From Carcharhinus amblyrhynchos (taxonomy: Eukaryota): 64,000 bases of DNA. A model generated the notes under the pieces. The model was given only the letters and a program-made list of their open reading frames with translations. It had not been told where the DNA came from and did not search any database. The position numbers and the translations under genes were made by a program. How positions within the stretch are numbered: the stretch's first letter is position 1; each line of letters begins with the position of its first letter. The DNA lies in the NCBI GenBank assembly GCA_965287045.1, contig OZ336885.1, forward strand, positions 66,402,001-66,466,000, given 5' to 3'. Positions 1 to 13,855 of this stretch are shown in pieces.

Positions 1-281
1 TGGCATGAATCTACGATTTTATGTGCGATGATTAGAAATCTGGATTTTCTGAAGCAGGGAGATAAACATATTCAGTACTTTCAGATCGCTGCTTATGGAT
101 TTTATTGGACTCAAAGGAACAAAAAGGTTCTGCAGAAAGAGCCAGAATGTTGAGTTGATTTACACCGTTCTAGCACTATTTTAATCAATTACAAAACCTG
201 ATCAAACAGCCATAGTTCCCCCTATTAAACATATGTATATTTATATTCGAATAGATACTCAACTCTGCATTTTTTTTTCAG

Positions 282-317
282 AAACACAAGTATTGAAAAA
301 GAAACTTCAAGATTTAG
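282..317 (+). CDS. Butyrophilin-like gene, coiled-coil micro-exon (36 nt, phase 1-1), xTQVLKKKLQDL
   Basis: Acceptor ttttttttcag| and donor |gtgaga. Length is a multiple of 3, the frame is open with a heptad-like peptide, and it joins the downstream micro-exons in frame. Confidence 0.65.
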
Positions 318-1156
318 GTGAGAAGTGTATTATTGATCATCAAACCACACTGGTACAAATAATAATTCATGAATGTAAATGATGGATTCATCTATTCAAG
401 GGATTGAGAAAGGAATTCTGTCTATCAGAGGTGTTACATACGGGCCCTATCAGAATGCAAAGTGGCAAACAGGTGTACATTTTTGGCGTATCCGTCTTAG
501 AAATAGTAGATGTGCACATTGATTAAAGAAAACAAGAAGAGGCCTGACTGAAAATGTATGAAATCAGTGTATTCGGGAGAAAATTTTGGCTCAAAAAACC
601 AAGAACACCTTCCCCACATTTCAAAACAAAAACCATCCTGATTAATCCTTTACATTTACTGAAGAGGAAATAGAGGCGACTCAATGTTCGTAAAATATAC
701 CTCTGATGACGCAGTACTTCTTCAGTGCAGTACTGATGCCTCACTCCTTGTTAATGTTCCGAGGAGCTGGAGTTTCCAAGCAAAACATTCAGAAAAAAAA
801 TAAAATGAGCCGCAGGGAGGCATTGTAAGCAAATATGCAACAAAACAAATGCGCGACATTCGTGTAAAGGGAACACGTTGATTTCAATGAATACATTAGA
901 ATGACCAAAACTGAGAAATTGAGGGACTAGAGGGTGCATCGGAATATAATTAAGAAGAAAAGGATAAATTCTAAGATGAAATAAGCAGTGCACAATGCAG
1001 AAGATTGGATATCTTACAGGGCACAACTTAAAAACAATGTTTGAGCGGTTTCAATACAACTGAGAGGCAGAGCGGCAAAATTAGAGGCAACATAAAATAA
1101 ACAATGGCTGTGTGCTTAGCTTTTGCTGAAAAGGTGAAAGCTACTAATTGTAGCTT

Positions 1157-1255
1157 CATAAGAACATAAGAAATAGGAGCAGGAGTAGGCTATCCAGCCC
1201 TTCGAGCCTGCCCCGCCATTCAATAAGATCATGGCTGATCTGTCGCTGCTCAGTT
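1157..1255 (-). mobile_element. CR1 LINE 3' tail fragment (young family)
   Basis: (CATAAGAA)n tail and sequence nearly identical to the 3' ends of the CR1 copies at 8234, 16120 and 20296. Confidence 0.85.
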
Positions 1256-2404
1256 GCATTCCAGAAATTGCCAACAGCAACAAAGGAATAAAATTCTTAT
1301 CCATAAGTAAACCATGTTGATTGGTTAGTATGTTGGCTCAGATGAGTGGAGACGTTGATACAGATAATGAAGCACGGAACAATTGACCTCCCAGTTTTTT
1401 TGTTTCAACTTTTAACCAGGCAAGGTATTGGTCTGCAGGAGACACCAGGGAATTCTCTGAGCCTTACCTTGTCTACCCTCCCTGTGACACAGTACCGACA
1501 GCAATGTGAGTTATTTTAAAATGCCTTTGGAAGCTCAGTTTGGGACAATTAGCGATCTGCCTATCTGTGTTCCCATTGTGCAACCCACCTCCCAATTCCT
1601 CTCTTAAATTCACGTTAAATTGATAATCTTGCACCTTCCACTCTTGGGACACATGTTTCGTGATATTTTACTATGTACTGCTTTTATTTCTCTTCAGGTG
1701 ACGTTTTCTGTTAATTATTGCTACTGAGCTCACCCCTGTCAGAAGAACTGCAAAACACTAACTGACAGAAATTGCGATCCTACATCTAAACTCACTTGTC
1801 ACTCCAAAATACTTAATCTATTCTGTCTGCTTCCAAGTCTGTTCACACCTTTCCAATAACGCCATTGCTGAACCCAAAGAAAATATGTCGGCAGCCCCCT
1901 CCCCGTCCCCCTATCCCCAGTGCCGTATTGTTTCTTATCAAAAACATTGGCACACATAATCCGTCCAAAAGCCACTCAAGAGAGAACTTGAAACAGTCAT
2001 GTCAAGCTAAAAACTACGACTAGGTCATTGTGCCGTCAGTGATCTGTGTGAAGTTGGCTACATTGACGAAACATTGTTGTGAAGAAAGACAATCATTCTT
2101 TCCACAACGGAAATAGCGTTAATATACACTCACTCAAATATAAATATTAATGATGCATACATCTGTGTGCTGGACTGATTTATGGAATTGAAACCTTAAT
2201 AACAAAGCACCCTGATTATGTCCTGTTTGCAAATTCCCTGACGATCGATCAGTTTAGCAAATTACCATGGATACTGAAAAAGAAATATGTTGCTCTATTT
2301 TTTCTCCTGGTTCTTCAGCGTTACAAATGTCGAATAGCAACGAAAAACATTAGAAATTAATTGTCCAGCAGTACTAATCTTCCCTGGTCGATTGTACTGG
2401 ACTG

Positions 2405-2735
2405 AGAATCATAGAATCACAGAATCTACACCGCAGAAGGAAACCATTCTGTCCATCAGGTCTGCACTGACAACAAGTCCACCCAGGCCCTATCCTGATC
2501 ATCCCATTCATTTACCCTGTACCTCCTGACACTAAGGGACAATTTAGCATGACCAATCAATCTAATCCGCACATATTCGGGCTGAGGGAGGAAGCCTGAG
2601 CAGCCAGAGGAAACTCGCGCAGACATGGGGACAAGGTGAAGACTCTGCATAGACAGTGAGCCAAGCCGGGAATCGAATCCAGGTCCCTGGCACTGGGAGG
2701 CAGCAGTGCTAACCATTGTGTCATCGTGCCGCCCC
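2405..2735 (-). mobile_element. tRNA-derived V-domain SINE (HE1-like) with CR1-type tail
   Basis: On the - strand: A/B-box head (..cagtgccagggacctggattcgattcc), V-domain core and (TCTATGAT)n-like tail. Paralogous to the copies at 23097, 33025 and 61598. Confidence 0.85.
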
Positions 2736-4004
2736 AATGATCGAACATAAGTGATTCAAACGTTAACTTCGGAAGGTTCCAACAGTTTTATGCTGATTAT
2801 TGCACCTGACAGAAATGGACGAAACAAAATCACTTATATATCTAAAGTTAATACTCTAATATTGTCACGACTCCATGCACTGTACTGTTCCACCCGGCGA
2901 ATCACCCACACAGCACCATCGCCCCACCACTCCAAACCAAACCCCAGTCGCCAGCCTAAACAACACACCACAATTCTGCTAGTGGCCAACACGTCCCTCT
3001 GGAACAATATTCCGCCACACTTGTTTGTGCCTTTGGTCCAAGCCGGGACTCCTGCACACCAAGCACTCCGTACATGACCCAACAAAGCTGAAAGTACTCC
3101 CACAGGACAACTAACCAAGCCCCTTCCTCCTCCCACTTCAGACTGATCGAAACACACGGCAAAATCCGCCCTCCCTTCCTACTCCACTGGTCCCACGCAC
3201 TGCTTTCAACAATCTGTCAATAAGTTCCTATATCTCCCCACTATTCCACGTCAGTTCTGAATCCCCCCTCCCTCATGTGGGATACGTTGTCTTTCTGCAA
3301 TCCGATACACAGACTCTCCCACCTGTTCAACCCCATCTTCCACTGGATCTGAGCCAGACCTCCCTCCTGGACAATTCACGCCCAATAGGCTCAAACACCG
3401 CCCACCACACCGCCTTCCAGCCGACCATCCTCTTCCATTCTAACACAATTCTGTTCCAAACCTCTTGCAGCAAAATACCCCAGCCGCCCTCAGACTGACA
3501 TGCTGTCCTTTGTGTTTTCCCCCAGGTTCGCCACGGATATCGGAAATACTGGTCATTGGAACGTGTCTTCTCCCTTTAAGTTGCCATTTTAAACTTCTCC
3601 GTCAGAGAGGTCAGTCCTGTAACACTGGGGTTTCCTGCCATTTGTGCATCATATTTGAACTTTGGCGATGCAGCCTGCGACACCAGTCGTTGTTCCTGTT
3701 TCTCCCAGAATGAATGAGAATTGTTGGGTAAGAGGGGGTTTTGCAACCTCAACGTGCGTTATTTCATTACAAGTGATAATCCGTCTGAAAGTGTCACTGC
3801 GAGTAAGTGATTGGCCTCAATGAATCCTATGTTTTCATTTTTATTAACTTAGTTGCACTTGCCAATAAATATATCACTATACTGTTTGTATTTCCAAAGA
3901 AATTCGCATGAATGTGTAACAGATTGAAAAGCAGCAATCTGCTTCCAGTGCACAATGAGACATTTTTTTTCCATTGTAACAATGCTGGTTCCGTGTTCCG
4001 ACAG

Positions 4005-4031
4005 AAGAAGATCTGAAAAGGAAAGGGAAAG
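4005..4031 (+). CDS. Butyrophilin-like gene, micro-exon (27 nt, phase 1-1), EEDLKRKGK
   Basis: ccgtgttccgacag|AAGAAGATCTGAAAAGGAAAGGGAAAG|gtgagt: consensus donor and a symmetric 27-nt exon. Confidence 0.7.
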
Positions 4032-6947
4032 GTGAGTTCTTCAAAAACACGTTGTTTCTTTTTTTCAACTACACATCCTATTGTGTGATATTGATTGGGT
4101 CTTTATGCGTGCCTTTAGCAATACCATGCACTGCCTTATCATTAACAATAACCGCAGTGTACATAAGTCACTTTTCAGATTCATCCAACTTCAAAACACA
4201 TAGAGGATGCGATAGGTATTTAGAGCCAACAAATGCATTGGTTGTACATACCCACGGCATGTGGGTACCCTGAATGATCCCATATGCTGTGCATACAGCA
4301 TACTCGAAGACATGACTCCATACACTTGGTTCAGCATAATGCTCGAATATTGCCTGCAGCTCTATTCACATTTTATCTAATTACCACAAACGTCGGATCG
4401 CTTTGCAAAATTCTTATTTCCGTATAACAGTTAAATACGAAGCAATGAGTGTGGACAATGCTCGTCTCCATGTAATTTGTTCGATCCAGCAATTTATGTA
4501 GTTCTCAGTTCTGGTCACCATGCTCTTTACTGGAATTGCAAAAAGATTACTTGGCACAGTGATAGACTCCATGTTACTTTTGGGGGTAAAGTTATGAGGA
4601 ACATGGGGAAAGGGAATTTGCATGAATGATACAAAAATCAGACAATTTGTAAGCTACGCAGAAATATTTGGAGTGGGTTACTGTTATGTAGACTAGGTAT
4701 GATAAGGCACCTGGATGAAAAAATTATGTCGTCGATGGTGAAGGTAAGTTAAAAACGTGAGTCCACAAAATTCTCAGACACGTCGTATTCAGTTCTTGGC
4801 ACCGCGCAAACAAAAGCCTCAGAAACATGGACTGTGACATAACATCTAACCTGCGAGGCTCAGTAATTTTAATGTACTGTACAATTTTACACCACACTTC
4901 AATCTATGCCTATGACATGTCAAAGTTCATTACCATAAAACTCAGATAGAAATGCATTGTGAAAGTGTAATAACTAGGATGCGTGTTTTTCATAAAAAAA
5001 TGTGTAATCCAGACGTAGATTCAAACAGACACACTAACTTTTATTGAAAGGTGCTTTCGGCTCTTCAGATTATCAAACTCAAAGTAAAACAGATGCCTCT
5101 GAAATACCATAACGAGGTCAACATCAAATAAGATAATCAGCTCTAAAAGCAACCACGCTAAACACATATGACAGAACATTCCCACCTTGTCCGTTTCTAC
5201 AATATTTCTAATTTCTTCATTTTTGATCTAACCACCCTGCTTTTGGAAAAGTAAAATACACCTCCGGTTGTTTTCGATAAATATTTTATATCTTTGACTC
5301 ATGGATTTCTAAGAGCTTATCACAACAAAGACAAGGGGAATAACAGCTGCCTGTATGGAGGAGAATAAGAAAAATAATGGAAATTTTTAACATTTCAACA
5401 ACGCACCAGATCCGCCTATTTGGGTACGGAGCACGATTTAAAAGCAAAACTTTTAAGGGGATAGCACAGACAGGGGAACAAATGATGATCTCTACAACCG
5501 GATGCCAACTGCTGTTCGATATCGAGGGACTGGGGAAGTGTTGGAGAATTGATGGGCAATTTTGGAATGGGCCAAACAGGCAGGATTAAGAAAGTGTTTC
5601 AGCAGAGCGCATTGACTGCATGTTGAATTAATAGGAGAACTTCAACGTCAATGGTTAATGCATGACGTCCTGCATAAATTCGTACACCGGACAAACAAGA
5701 AAACAATTGCACCTTGACATTGTGAGCAATGTGAACAGAGGGTTTTCTTCAATGGCCACTATCGCCAGTACCCGCGGCAGATTGTGTTTTTCTTCGAGGT
5801 ACAAATAATGCTGTTGATAAGGTAAGGTATTATTATGAATGCCGAAATCACCTGTCATCGGCATTCGTGTGGTTCTCCAGTCATATCTTAGATAACTGTG
5901 AGCCGTGGATACAACATATTGAGCGACAAAAGAAGAAGGTGTATTTTTACTTTTCACGCGGACGGTGGTTCGATGACGAATGCAGAAATTGAAAGTATTA
6001 ACGAATAATCAACTTGATTCATAAGTTTTGAAATATTTGTAAATAGTTAATTATCCTGCTAAGAAAGAGGTAGATCTGTTTGCGCATTGGCCGTTGCAGA
6101 GACTGAATTACACATTTGCGGAGGCTGGAATATTTAACCTCGAGGAACAAAGTATTTTAAATACATTGGCGAAGCGTAGAAAGCTGTGAAACATGAGCCC
6201 TTATGCGAGAGTTTTGAAAATGTTGAAACGCCACGTTCTTCCAAGTGGCCTCTTATTCTGTTGTATGATTGAATAATTATTTGATTGAAATATTGTTTTG
6301 ATCGTCTTTCAGAGAGAGAATTATATTTGAAAAAGTTGAAGGAATTGGGTGAGAAAGCAGCAATTGGTGGACATTTTGAAATGCCCTTGCCAATCTTCAT
6401 TGTGCATTGCAATTATTCAATGCAATTCAGTTTATTTTTTTTAAGCATTTGACGACAAACAAATACATGATTGAGCGTTGAATATAGGTTCAGAACAAAC
6501 AAAGATAATGTTCTTTCCATCTTAACGTTTCATATACTTTTAAGTTATTCTCAGATTTTTAGAGGATTGAAAGGCGATTTCATTCCAATATACTAAATTG
6601 TCACAGAGAAATACAAGGTAAATTCAGGAGGGTTGATTCCCCTGGTTGGAGCATAGCTGATGTTGGGAGCTTCATATCATAATGAACCATGCTACAAATT
6701 TTATTAATGAGGTGCAATCGCCGTAGGAATGAAAGGAGTATGGCTTCATTCAGAGGTGTGCAGGCCTCCGAGATACTCTACCCCAGAGAGCAGCTGCTGT
6801 TTCATTCTTGAATCATAATGTAAGTGCCACAGAATTTTACAGCATGAAAAGTGGTTCTAAATGCTGTTGTCTGCGCTTTGTACAAAACGGCACATATCTT
6901 TCAGTTCCATTTGCAAAACTTAGTCCGTAGCTTTAATTGGCAGGATT

Positions 6948-7955
6948 ACAAAGAACAAAGAACAAAGAGCAAAAACAGCCCGGGAAACAGGCCCTACGGC
7001 CCAACGAGCCCGCGCCGGCATTTTAACTCTACCAGTTCCCCCCTCCACCCATGACCCTTATCTATTGCTTTATGGCCATTCACATTGAGGGAAACTAATT
7101 TAGGGACAATTTATTACTGCCAATCAGCCTAATGGCACATCTTTGGGGTGTGGGAGGAAACCGGAGCACCGGAGAAAACCCGCGCAAGCACGGGGAGAAT
7201 GCGCAAACTCCCACAGACACTGGCCCAAATCCATGTGTCTGCACAGCAATCAGTGATAGTCACTGAGCTGTCGCCTTGCCTAGCATCTGGCCCAGTTTAA
7301 GCACACACTAACGACATGAAGCACTAGGCCAATCTCGAACACTCAAGAGCAGCCCACGTACGACCCATCACGTGTATGCCCCTTGTTGGACAACAAGGCG
7401 GACCGATTTATAACCTGTGAAAGAAAAGGGAAAAAACATTATTATCATACCAAATCCGTTTACCTTACCAGGGACGCCCCAATGCCAATGAACCTTATTT
7501 AAAACAATCTCCTGCATCCACCCATCCCCAACCCACTCATGTGCCTGTCTGAGTTACTCTTAAACAACTCTAGCGTGCTTGCCTCCACCACCTTACTTGG
7601 CAGAGCATTCCATACCCCCACTACCCTCTGTGTGAAAAACTCCCTCTAATATCTGTGTTATACCTCTCCCCCCTCACCTTAAGCCCACGGCCCCTCGTAC
7701 TGTGTGTCTGTAACATAGGAAATAGCTTACCTCCGTTTACGCTATCTATACCCTTCATAATCTTATATACCTCTATTAGATCCCCCCTCAGTCGCCGTCT
7801 TCCAAGGGAAAACAGCCCCAGTTTGTTCAATCTTTCCTCATAACCCAGTCCTTCCATACCAGGCAACATCCTGGTAAACCTCCTCGGCACTCTCTCCAGA
7901 GTCTCCACGTCCTTCCGGTAGTAAGGCGACCAGAACTAGGCGCAGTACTCTAAAT
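6948..7955 (-). mobile_element. 5'-truncated CR1 LINE (ORF2 C-terminus and long 3' UTR containing a V-SINE-like segment)
   Basis: ORF 7621-7908 reads LERVPRRFTRMLPGMEGLGYEERLNKLGLFSL...RGDLIEVYKIM. (AAAGAAC)n tail at about 6950. V-domain-like sequence at about 7090-7230. Confidence 0.85.
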
Positions 7956-7959
7956 GCTT

Positions 7960-8230
7960 CACATTGCAGCCTCACAGTGTTAGGGACCAGGAGTCAATTA
8001 CAAACTCATGTGGACGTTGTAATTTCTTCTGCTTCTGTGTGGCTTACCTCATGATGCTTCAATTGCTTCAGATTTCAAGGTGTAGCTTAGGTTGAACTAC
8101 TTCTTCTAAGTGCTCAAAGTTGTATAAGCTGGTGGATTAGTTATGTTAACTGTGCTGTGTTATGTGCATAACATAACATGGGCAGGACTTGGAGTGGCCA
8201 CTCTTTCAGAGAGCCGGTGCAGAATCGGTG
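7960..8230 (+). mobile_element. Degraded V-domain SINE between two CR1 insertions
   Basis: Head remnant gcctcacagtgttagggaccagg and an eroded V-domain. Confidence 0.5.
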
Positions 8231-8233
8231 TTC

Positions 8234-8803
8234 CATAAGAACATAAGAACATAAGAAATAGGAGCAGGAGTAGGCCATCTAGCCCTTCGAGCCTGCCCCG
8301 CCATTCAATAAGATCATGGCTGATCTGTCGTGGCTCAGTTCCACTTTCCCGCCCTCTCCCCATAACCCTTAATCCCCTCTCTTATCAAAAACCCATCAAC
8401 CCGCTTCTTAAAAATATTTAGCGAGGTAGCCTCCACCACTTCAACGGGCAGAGAATTCCAGAGATTCACCACCCTTTGAGTGAAGAAGTTCCTCCTCAAC
8501 TCCGTTCTAAACCGCCTCCCCTTTATCTTGAGGCTGTGCCCCCTAGTCCTACTGTCTTTTTTGAGCGGGAAGAGTCTCTCCACCTCTATCCTATCCATCC
8601 CATTCATCATCTTATGCGTCTCAATGAGATCTCCCCTCATTCTTCTAAACTCTAGCGAGTACAAGCCTAGTTTATTCAGCCTCTCCTCATAGCTCAACCC
8701 CCTCAACTCCGGTATCAGCCTAGTAAACCTCCTCTGCACTCCCTCCAGGGCCAAAATATCCTTGCGCAGGTGCGGCGCCCAAAACTGCACACAGTACTCC
8801 AGC
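8234..8803 (-). mobile_element. 5'-truncated young CR1 LINE
   Basis: ORF 8335-8805 reads LEYCVQFWAPHLRKDILALEGVQRRFTRLIP...RVVNLWNSLP, followed by a (CATAAGAA)n tail. Confidence 0.95.
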
Positions 8804-8899
8804 AATTTCTGTATTGTAAGTATGCTATCGTTCTATTGTATGCTGTAAACTTTGAGATTGTTATGTATGGACTTCTTAAGTATTGTATGGGCTGATTTC

Positions 8900-10030
8900 T
8901 TCACAAGTATTAAAAAGTGAGTGGCAGATTCCAGTCACCCACTGGACGAAAATGACTCTATTTTAACCCTTTGAAACCTCTGTTGCATATCCAAAATCTA
9001 TGCCTCATCAATAATGAACATTCAACAAAGGGGAAATCTCGTTCGATATCTAACTTATGTGTAATCCTCCTGATATTAAACACAACAAACAGAAACTCCT
9101 CAGATCTCTCAGTTTTAAGAAAAAGACGAGCCAGCCAAATCATGTGCCTTCTTAGTTGAAACGTTCGATCCCAGACAGCATACTCGTGAATCTCTTCCTC
9201 TTTCCTTCCAGGAAAATCACATGCGTCCTGTTTTTGGCAACAGCAAATACTCGCCTGACTCCAGCTGTGGCCTAAAACGCGTACCAACTACCTCCATGGT
9301 CTTATATTCTCTGCGCCAGCGAATAAAAGCACATATCCCACGTACATCCTGAACTGCATTACTGACTGTTCGGATGCCTCCAGGGATTTTAAATTGTTGA
9401 TCCGGAAGTCCCTCTTGTACTCCGTGCTTTGACGAATACGACTGCGCATTGCGCATCCCACAGTTTTGTTTCCGTCCTTAAATGCACCACCTCACACTTT
9501 ATGATGATAACTTTATTTTTCCACTGTTCTGTCCATCTAACCAGTCGTTCGAAATCTTCGTGCAATGTAATTATTTCTGCCTTTCTATTAAACACACCTT
9601 GAATTATTGTTTCATCTGGGAACTTACTAATCATGCTTCCTACATTAACGTTTAGATTTTAAACGCACAGTAGAAAGACGTGCAATGAAGGAACCACGCC
9701 TGTCGGGCACGATTGTGAGCAGGCTCCCACTTACAGAAAAGCAGCATTGCAGTACTTACATCTGACTCCTGTCAGCAAGCAAGTTTTGTAACTAATTTCC
9801 CAAATTGCGTTGGGTTCCATGGACTGTTAGCATCCTGATCAATGTCCCAGGCGGAGCTTTCTCAAAAGCCTGACTGAAGTTCGTTTAACTATAACAACTG
9901 CACGTCCCCCATCCAAACAATCTAACTAATGTCTCAAAAATTCCACCAAACTTGAGAGACGCAATCTTCCGCACCCTTCCCATCAAAACCATGCTGACAT
10001 GTTTCGATTAATCTTTGGCTCTCCAAGTGG
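8900..10030 (-). mobile_element. Old degenerate CR1 ORF2 fragment
   Basis: Eroded RT motifs ISKFPDET (KFADDT), KCEVVHL and RPQLES. Confidence 0.7.
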
Positions 10031-10224
10031 AGATTAATACGACCACAGTTCATTAGAACAAAATAAGGATTTTCCAGTTCAAACGTGCTCACTGGAAATA
10101 ACGCATTCACCCAGTGGCATCACAGTTTCAACCCCCACCATCTCCCTCTCCCCTTCCAGGCTCCATAACTCCCACCCCCAACAGTATGCATAGATTCGCT
10201 ACCTCTCATTCTAACTCGCACACT

Positions 10225-10239
10225 CACACAGACACACTG

Positions 10240-10272
<33 letters not shown>
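10225..10272. repeat. (CA)n microsatellite
   Basis: Directly visible CA run. Confidence 0.9.
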
Positions 10273-10274
<2 letters not shown>

Positions 10275-13200
10275 TGTTCCTTAAAAGCTGCAACTTATAA
10301 TCGCAGCATTGAAGTATTTTCCCTTACATGGGTTCAGGTACATTTAATTAATAGATTTACGTATTTCCTTGCCAAGATTATGTTGAAGACTTTTGTTAAA
10401 TGCAAACGGTCATCACAGTCCATATTAATGCAAAAATCACACGTTCTGAGTGTTTTAATTTCTATGCCACGGCCCATTAGTAAGGCATTCTAAGAGTTGT
10501 ATTATATTTAATAATTACCAATTGAAATATTTGAACAACGATGAAAGGATTCCAATACAGAGTGCCGTAACCCTTTTATTTCAATTATCACAGTCACTGT
10601 GACAAAAAAATGCCAACTGTCTTCTTGCGAAGTGAATAGTTTATTTGGATTTCATTGGCCTGCTTTTGCCACTTTAAGGCGAAAGCCCAAATAGTAAAAC
10701 AGGTATGTAAACCGAGTGTCTAGCATACTGTCGCTAAGTAAGTTTTGAACATTTCTAATGTATTTCTGGGCAACACAAATCCAGAAGGCTTCCCTTGAGT
10801 GCAATTGGGAATCATCCAAATGAAGGTGGAAATGAGCAGCAGCGACTGAATATGGCTCTATTGTGTTGCGTTGAATGCTGAATATAAGCGGGCATTTGAT
10901 AAAATATTTTCTCCAGCAGTTGAAGAAATATTGTTACATGTGGAGTCAGAACGCGAATTTGGGAAGTTAAGAATTCAATTAGTTTGCTCAAGGATGATGT
11001 CAGGAAGCATACTTCACAAAAATGGTTCCTAAATTTTGCAGCTAACCAAAAGGTTGATTGATTAATTGCACATGGATTGACAGGTTTGGTTTGTAATTTG
11101 AGTTGGCTGTTAAGTAATCAATTCGAGCACTTGAAACGTAGCTGAGCAATGCTGAAAACACCACGGAATGGTAAAGTAGTACAAAGAGTTAGAATTGTGT
11201 CCTAGCCTGACGATATGTGTTTTCAAAGGCAATTGCAGGTACATTCCAATGTAAAACTTGACGTCTAACAATGGTTTTGTCGAGGTTTCGTAGAAAACTC
11301 ACTGCTAAATGACGCCCGTTTAGAAAATTATATTCCATTGACAGAGCCGCATGATTCAATCCATTGGGAACGTACCATAAATCAACTCGAGTCCATACCC
11401 AATGTTTTTTAAAGTTGTATCAATAATCCCAAATCTATCCGCTTTTATTCCTTTTAAGTATGGGATTGTCCTGTGACTCAAAATTATGACTTCTTAGTCG
11501 ATAAAATGTCATTTTTCTATTGATGCAATTGGGAAAATCATGAAATTTTATCCTCATTCCAGGTGGGATATCCATTGACCTTGAACTGCCTGAAAGCATA
11601 GAAGTAGAATACTTCAGAATTATAAAGTAACAGCATGCAGGGTCATGCATTGTCACAGTAAATTTGGATTTGGACGTTGAATTTCTCTGATTCGTTTCCA
11701 ACAAATAATGAAAAGTCTTCCTACTCTTATAGAGGAACAGTTACGACAAAAAACGATTGGTAAGATTCCACAAAGTATATTTATCATTTCCTCTTATTTT
11801 CTAATGAATGCGTTGATGCAAAATGATTTGTTTAATTACCTGAAAGCTTGAATGATACTGGATTTTGTGTAAACGTACAAGCAGCTTAAAGGAACTGAAA
11901 GATTTATAGAGTTCAGAACACCAAACTCTACACGGCCTGTAATACAGTTTTCCAAAATCATATTTATCACTTCATACGTTATTACAAATCTCAGGGTTAG
12001 ATTTTGACCGCTTTTGAATTGAGTGGAAAAAAAGACACAAGCAATATTCATTTGTGGACAGAAATTGCGGGAAATTTCACAGTGAAGCATTTAGGTACAG
12101 ACAATTTCCCTGAAGAGTAAAATGTTCTAGCATCACTTGAAATGCGTTACACAAAACTTGGTACTCCAGAAACACACACAAAAAAAACAACCACACCTAA
12201 CAATACCTCTGGCTTGAGACGACTCCAGCGGTCAAATTCAATCCAGAGCTTGTTTCGTTGGCCCATCATACACTGTGAATGGAATCACCTACTTGAGTGT
12301 ATCGAGCATTATTTATTCGCAAATTAAAACTGCGGAAACACCCTCACCAACCCCTCTCCTCCAGACGACACAATTATCCATCATGCTAATTCTTATTGAT
12401 CCATGCGTTTGCAAAATATCACGAAGCAAAATTATTTTTGTTCTTATTTACTACAAGAAAAAGAATCATCGTTTTATAACAATGTCCAGTGTGGAAATAA
12501 TGCACCTCGGAATGTAGTATGAAAGAAAGTTAACGTGCACTGGATGTCAGATCTTGAAGTCACCGCAGATTTCAGAGTAAAGTCGAAGGTATCAATGCTG
12601 GAACCACGTGACAACATGAAAAGTAGGGAGACAATGACATTTTGAGTCTCACTGAGATGGCAGTGTGGAGCACTGAGTACAAGCGAACAATGAGTGAAAA
12701 GTTCGGACGGGAACTGCGACCTGTCAGAGCTGCAGATGTCATACAAATAAGGAAGGCTGGAACGCAATTCGAAAAGTTGTGTCAATCGATCATTTGATAC
12801 CACTATTGTAGCATGACGTGCAGTTATAACAGCACAACTTTAGAGAAAGGCATTCAGATGTTACTTGGGGAGTCTTAAGTAATAAATGTCACTGACGTGT
12901 TACACCTTCACTTAGTTAAGCTCTGAGGGTCCGCATATCAACAGTATGTGCTATAATCGCATTAGCAACCAGTACAATTTGACTGTAATTTCAAATTTGC
13001 ATTCTACATGTAGAACTTGAAAACATCAATGCAAAGTGCCGTAAGTAACGCGTGTCGGAATAGCGGGAGGGGTGGACTTGATATTATCACTGGACGAGGA
13101 TTCCAGATGTCCAGAGATTTCAAGTAAATTGTTACGTTTTGAAGGTGAAATCTGCCACACTGATAGTGAGCATGGAACCAATATTTATCATTGATCAAGC

Positions 13201-13667
13201 CGACCTGTTTCACTGCTTTTTTTTGGGGGGGAGGGGATAGCGGGGAGGGTATCTGCCGCTTTACCTAGCTTGTTATATCATTTGGGTGAACACAGTTTCA
13301 TTGTTACTCCGCGGGAAGACGTCTGCTCTGAGTACATTGCTCTATAGATAATCATAATCCTTTGGAACTGACGGCACAAAACAACATTTAATGCAAAGAA
13401 GCAACACGTTTCAATCAGTTTTTCATGGCGAACAGCCTCTTGCACGTTAGTGCTGCCACTCGCTTCATTTAGGTATTGTTATTTTAAACTGATTTGGCGC
13501 ACTCATTGACGCCTCGAGTCACAAATTGTGAGTTTCAGCCCATATCTGTTTGCACACATCCACATGTCCTTTCAGCAATACATGCAGGCATGAACATTGT
13601 CTATGGTAATGAGAGCAGAATTAAGCCAGTTGTGCCCAGAGAAGAATTGTGTGCAGCTTTTCCGTAA

Positions 13668-13855
13668 GACTATAAAACAATAATACAAAGGAGCAGAATT
13701 AGACCACTCGGCCCATCGAGTCTGCTCTGCCATTCAATCATGACTGTTTCTTTTTTTCTCATCCTCATTCTCCTGTCTTTTCACCATAATCCCTGTCCCC
13801 TTATTAATCAAGAACCTAGCTATCTCTGTTTTAAAGTCATTCAATGACCTGACTC
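13668..13855 (-). mobile_element. CR1 3' UTR/tail fragment
   Basis: ggagcagaattagaccactcggcccatcgagtctgctctgccattcaatcatg resembles the CR1 tails elsewhere in the window. Confidence 0.7.

Noticed and set aside
401-430. Possible extra 30-nt phase 1-1 exon (GIEKGILSIR)
   Set aside because: In frame, but the acceptor is pyrimidine-poor and the donor gtgtta is weak, so it is unsupported without reads.
1420-1505. AG..GT segment with a good acceptor and a gtgagt donor
   Set aside because: 86 nt with a stop in phase 1, so it does not fit the gene model, and the peptide is unrecognisable.
2863-3500. TGTCA...TGACA ends suggesting a solo LTR
   Set aside because: The flanks (atat and tgct) show no target-site duplication.
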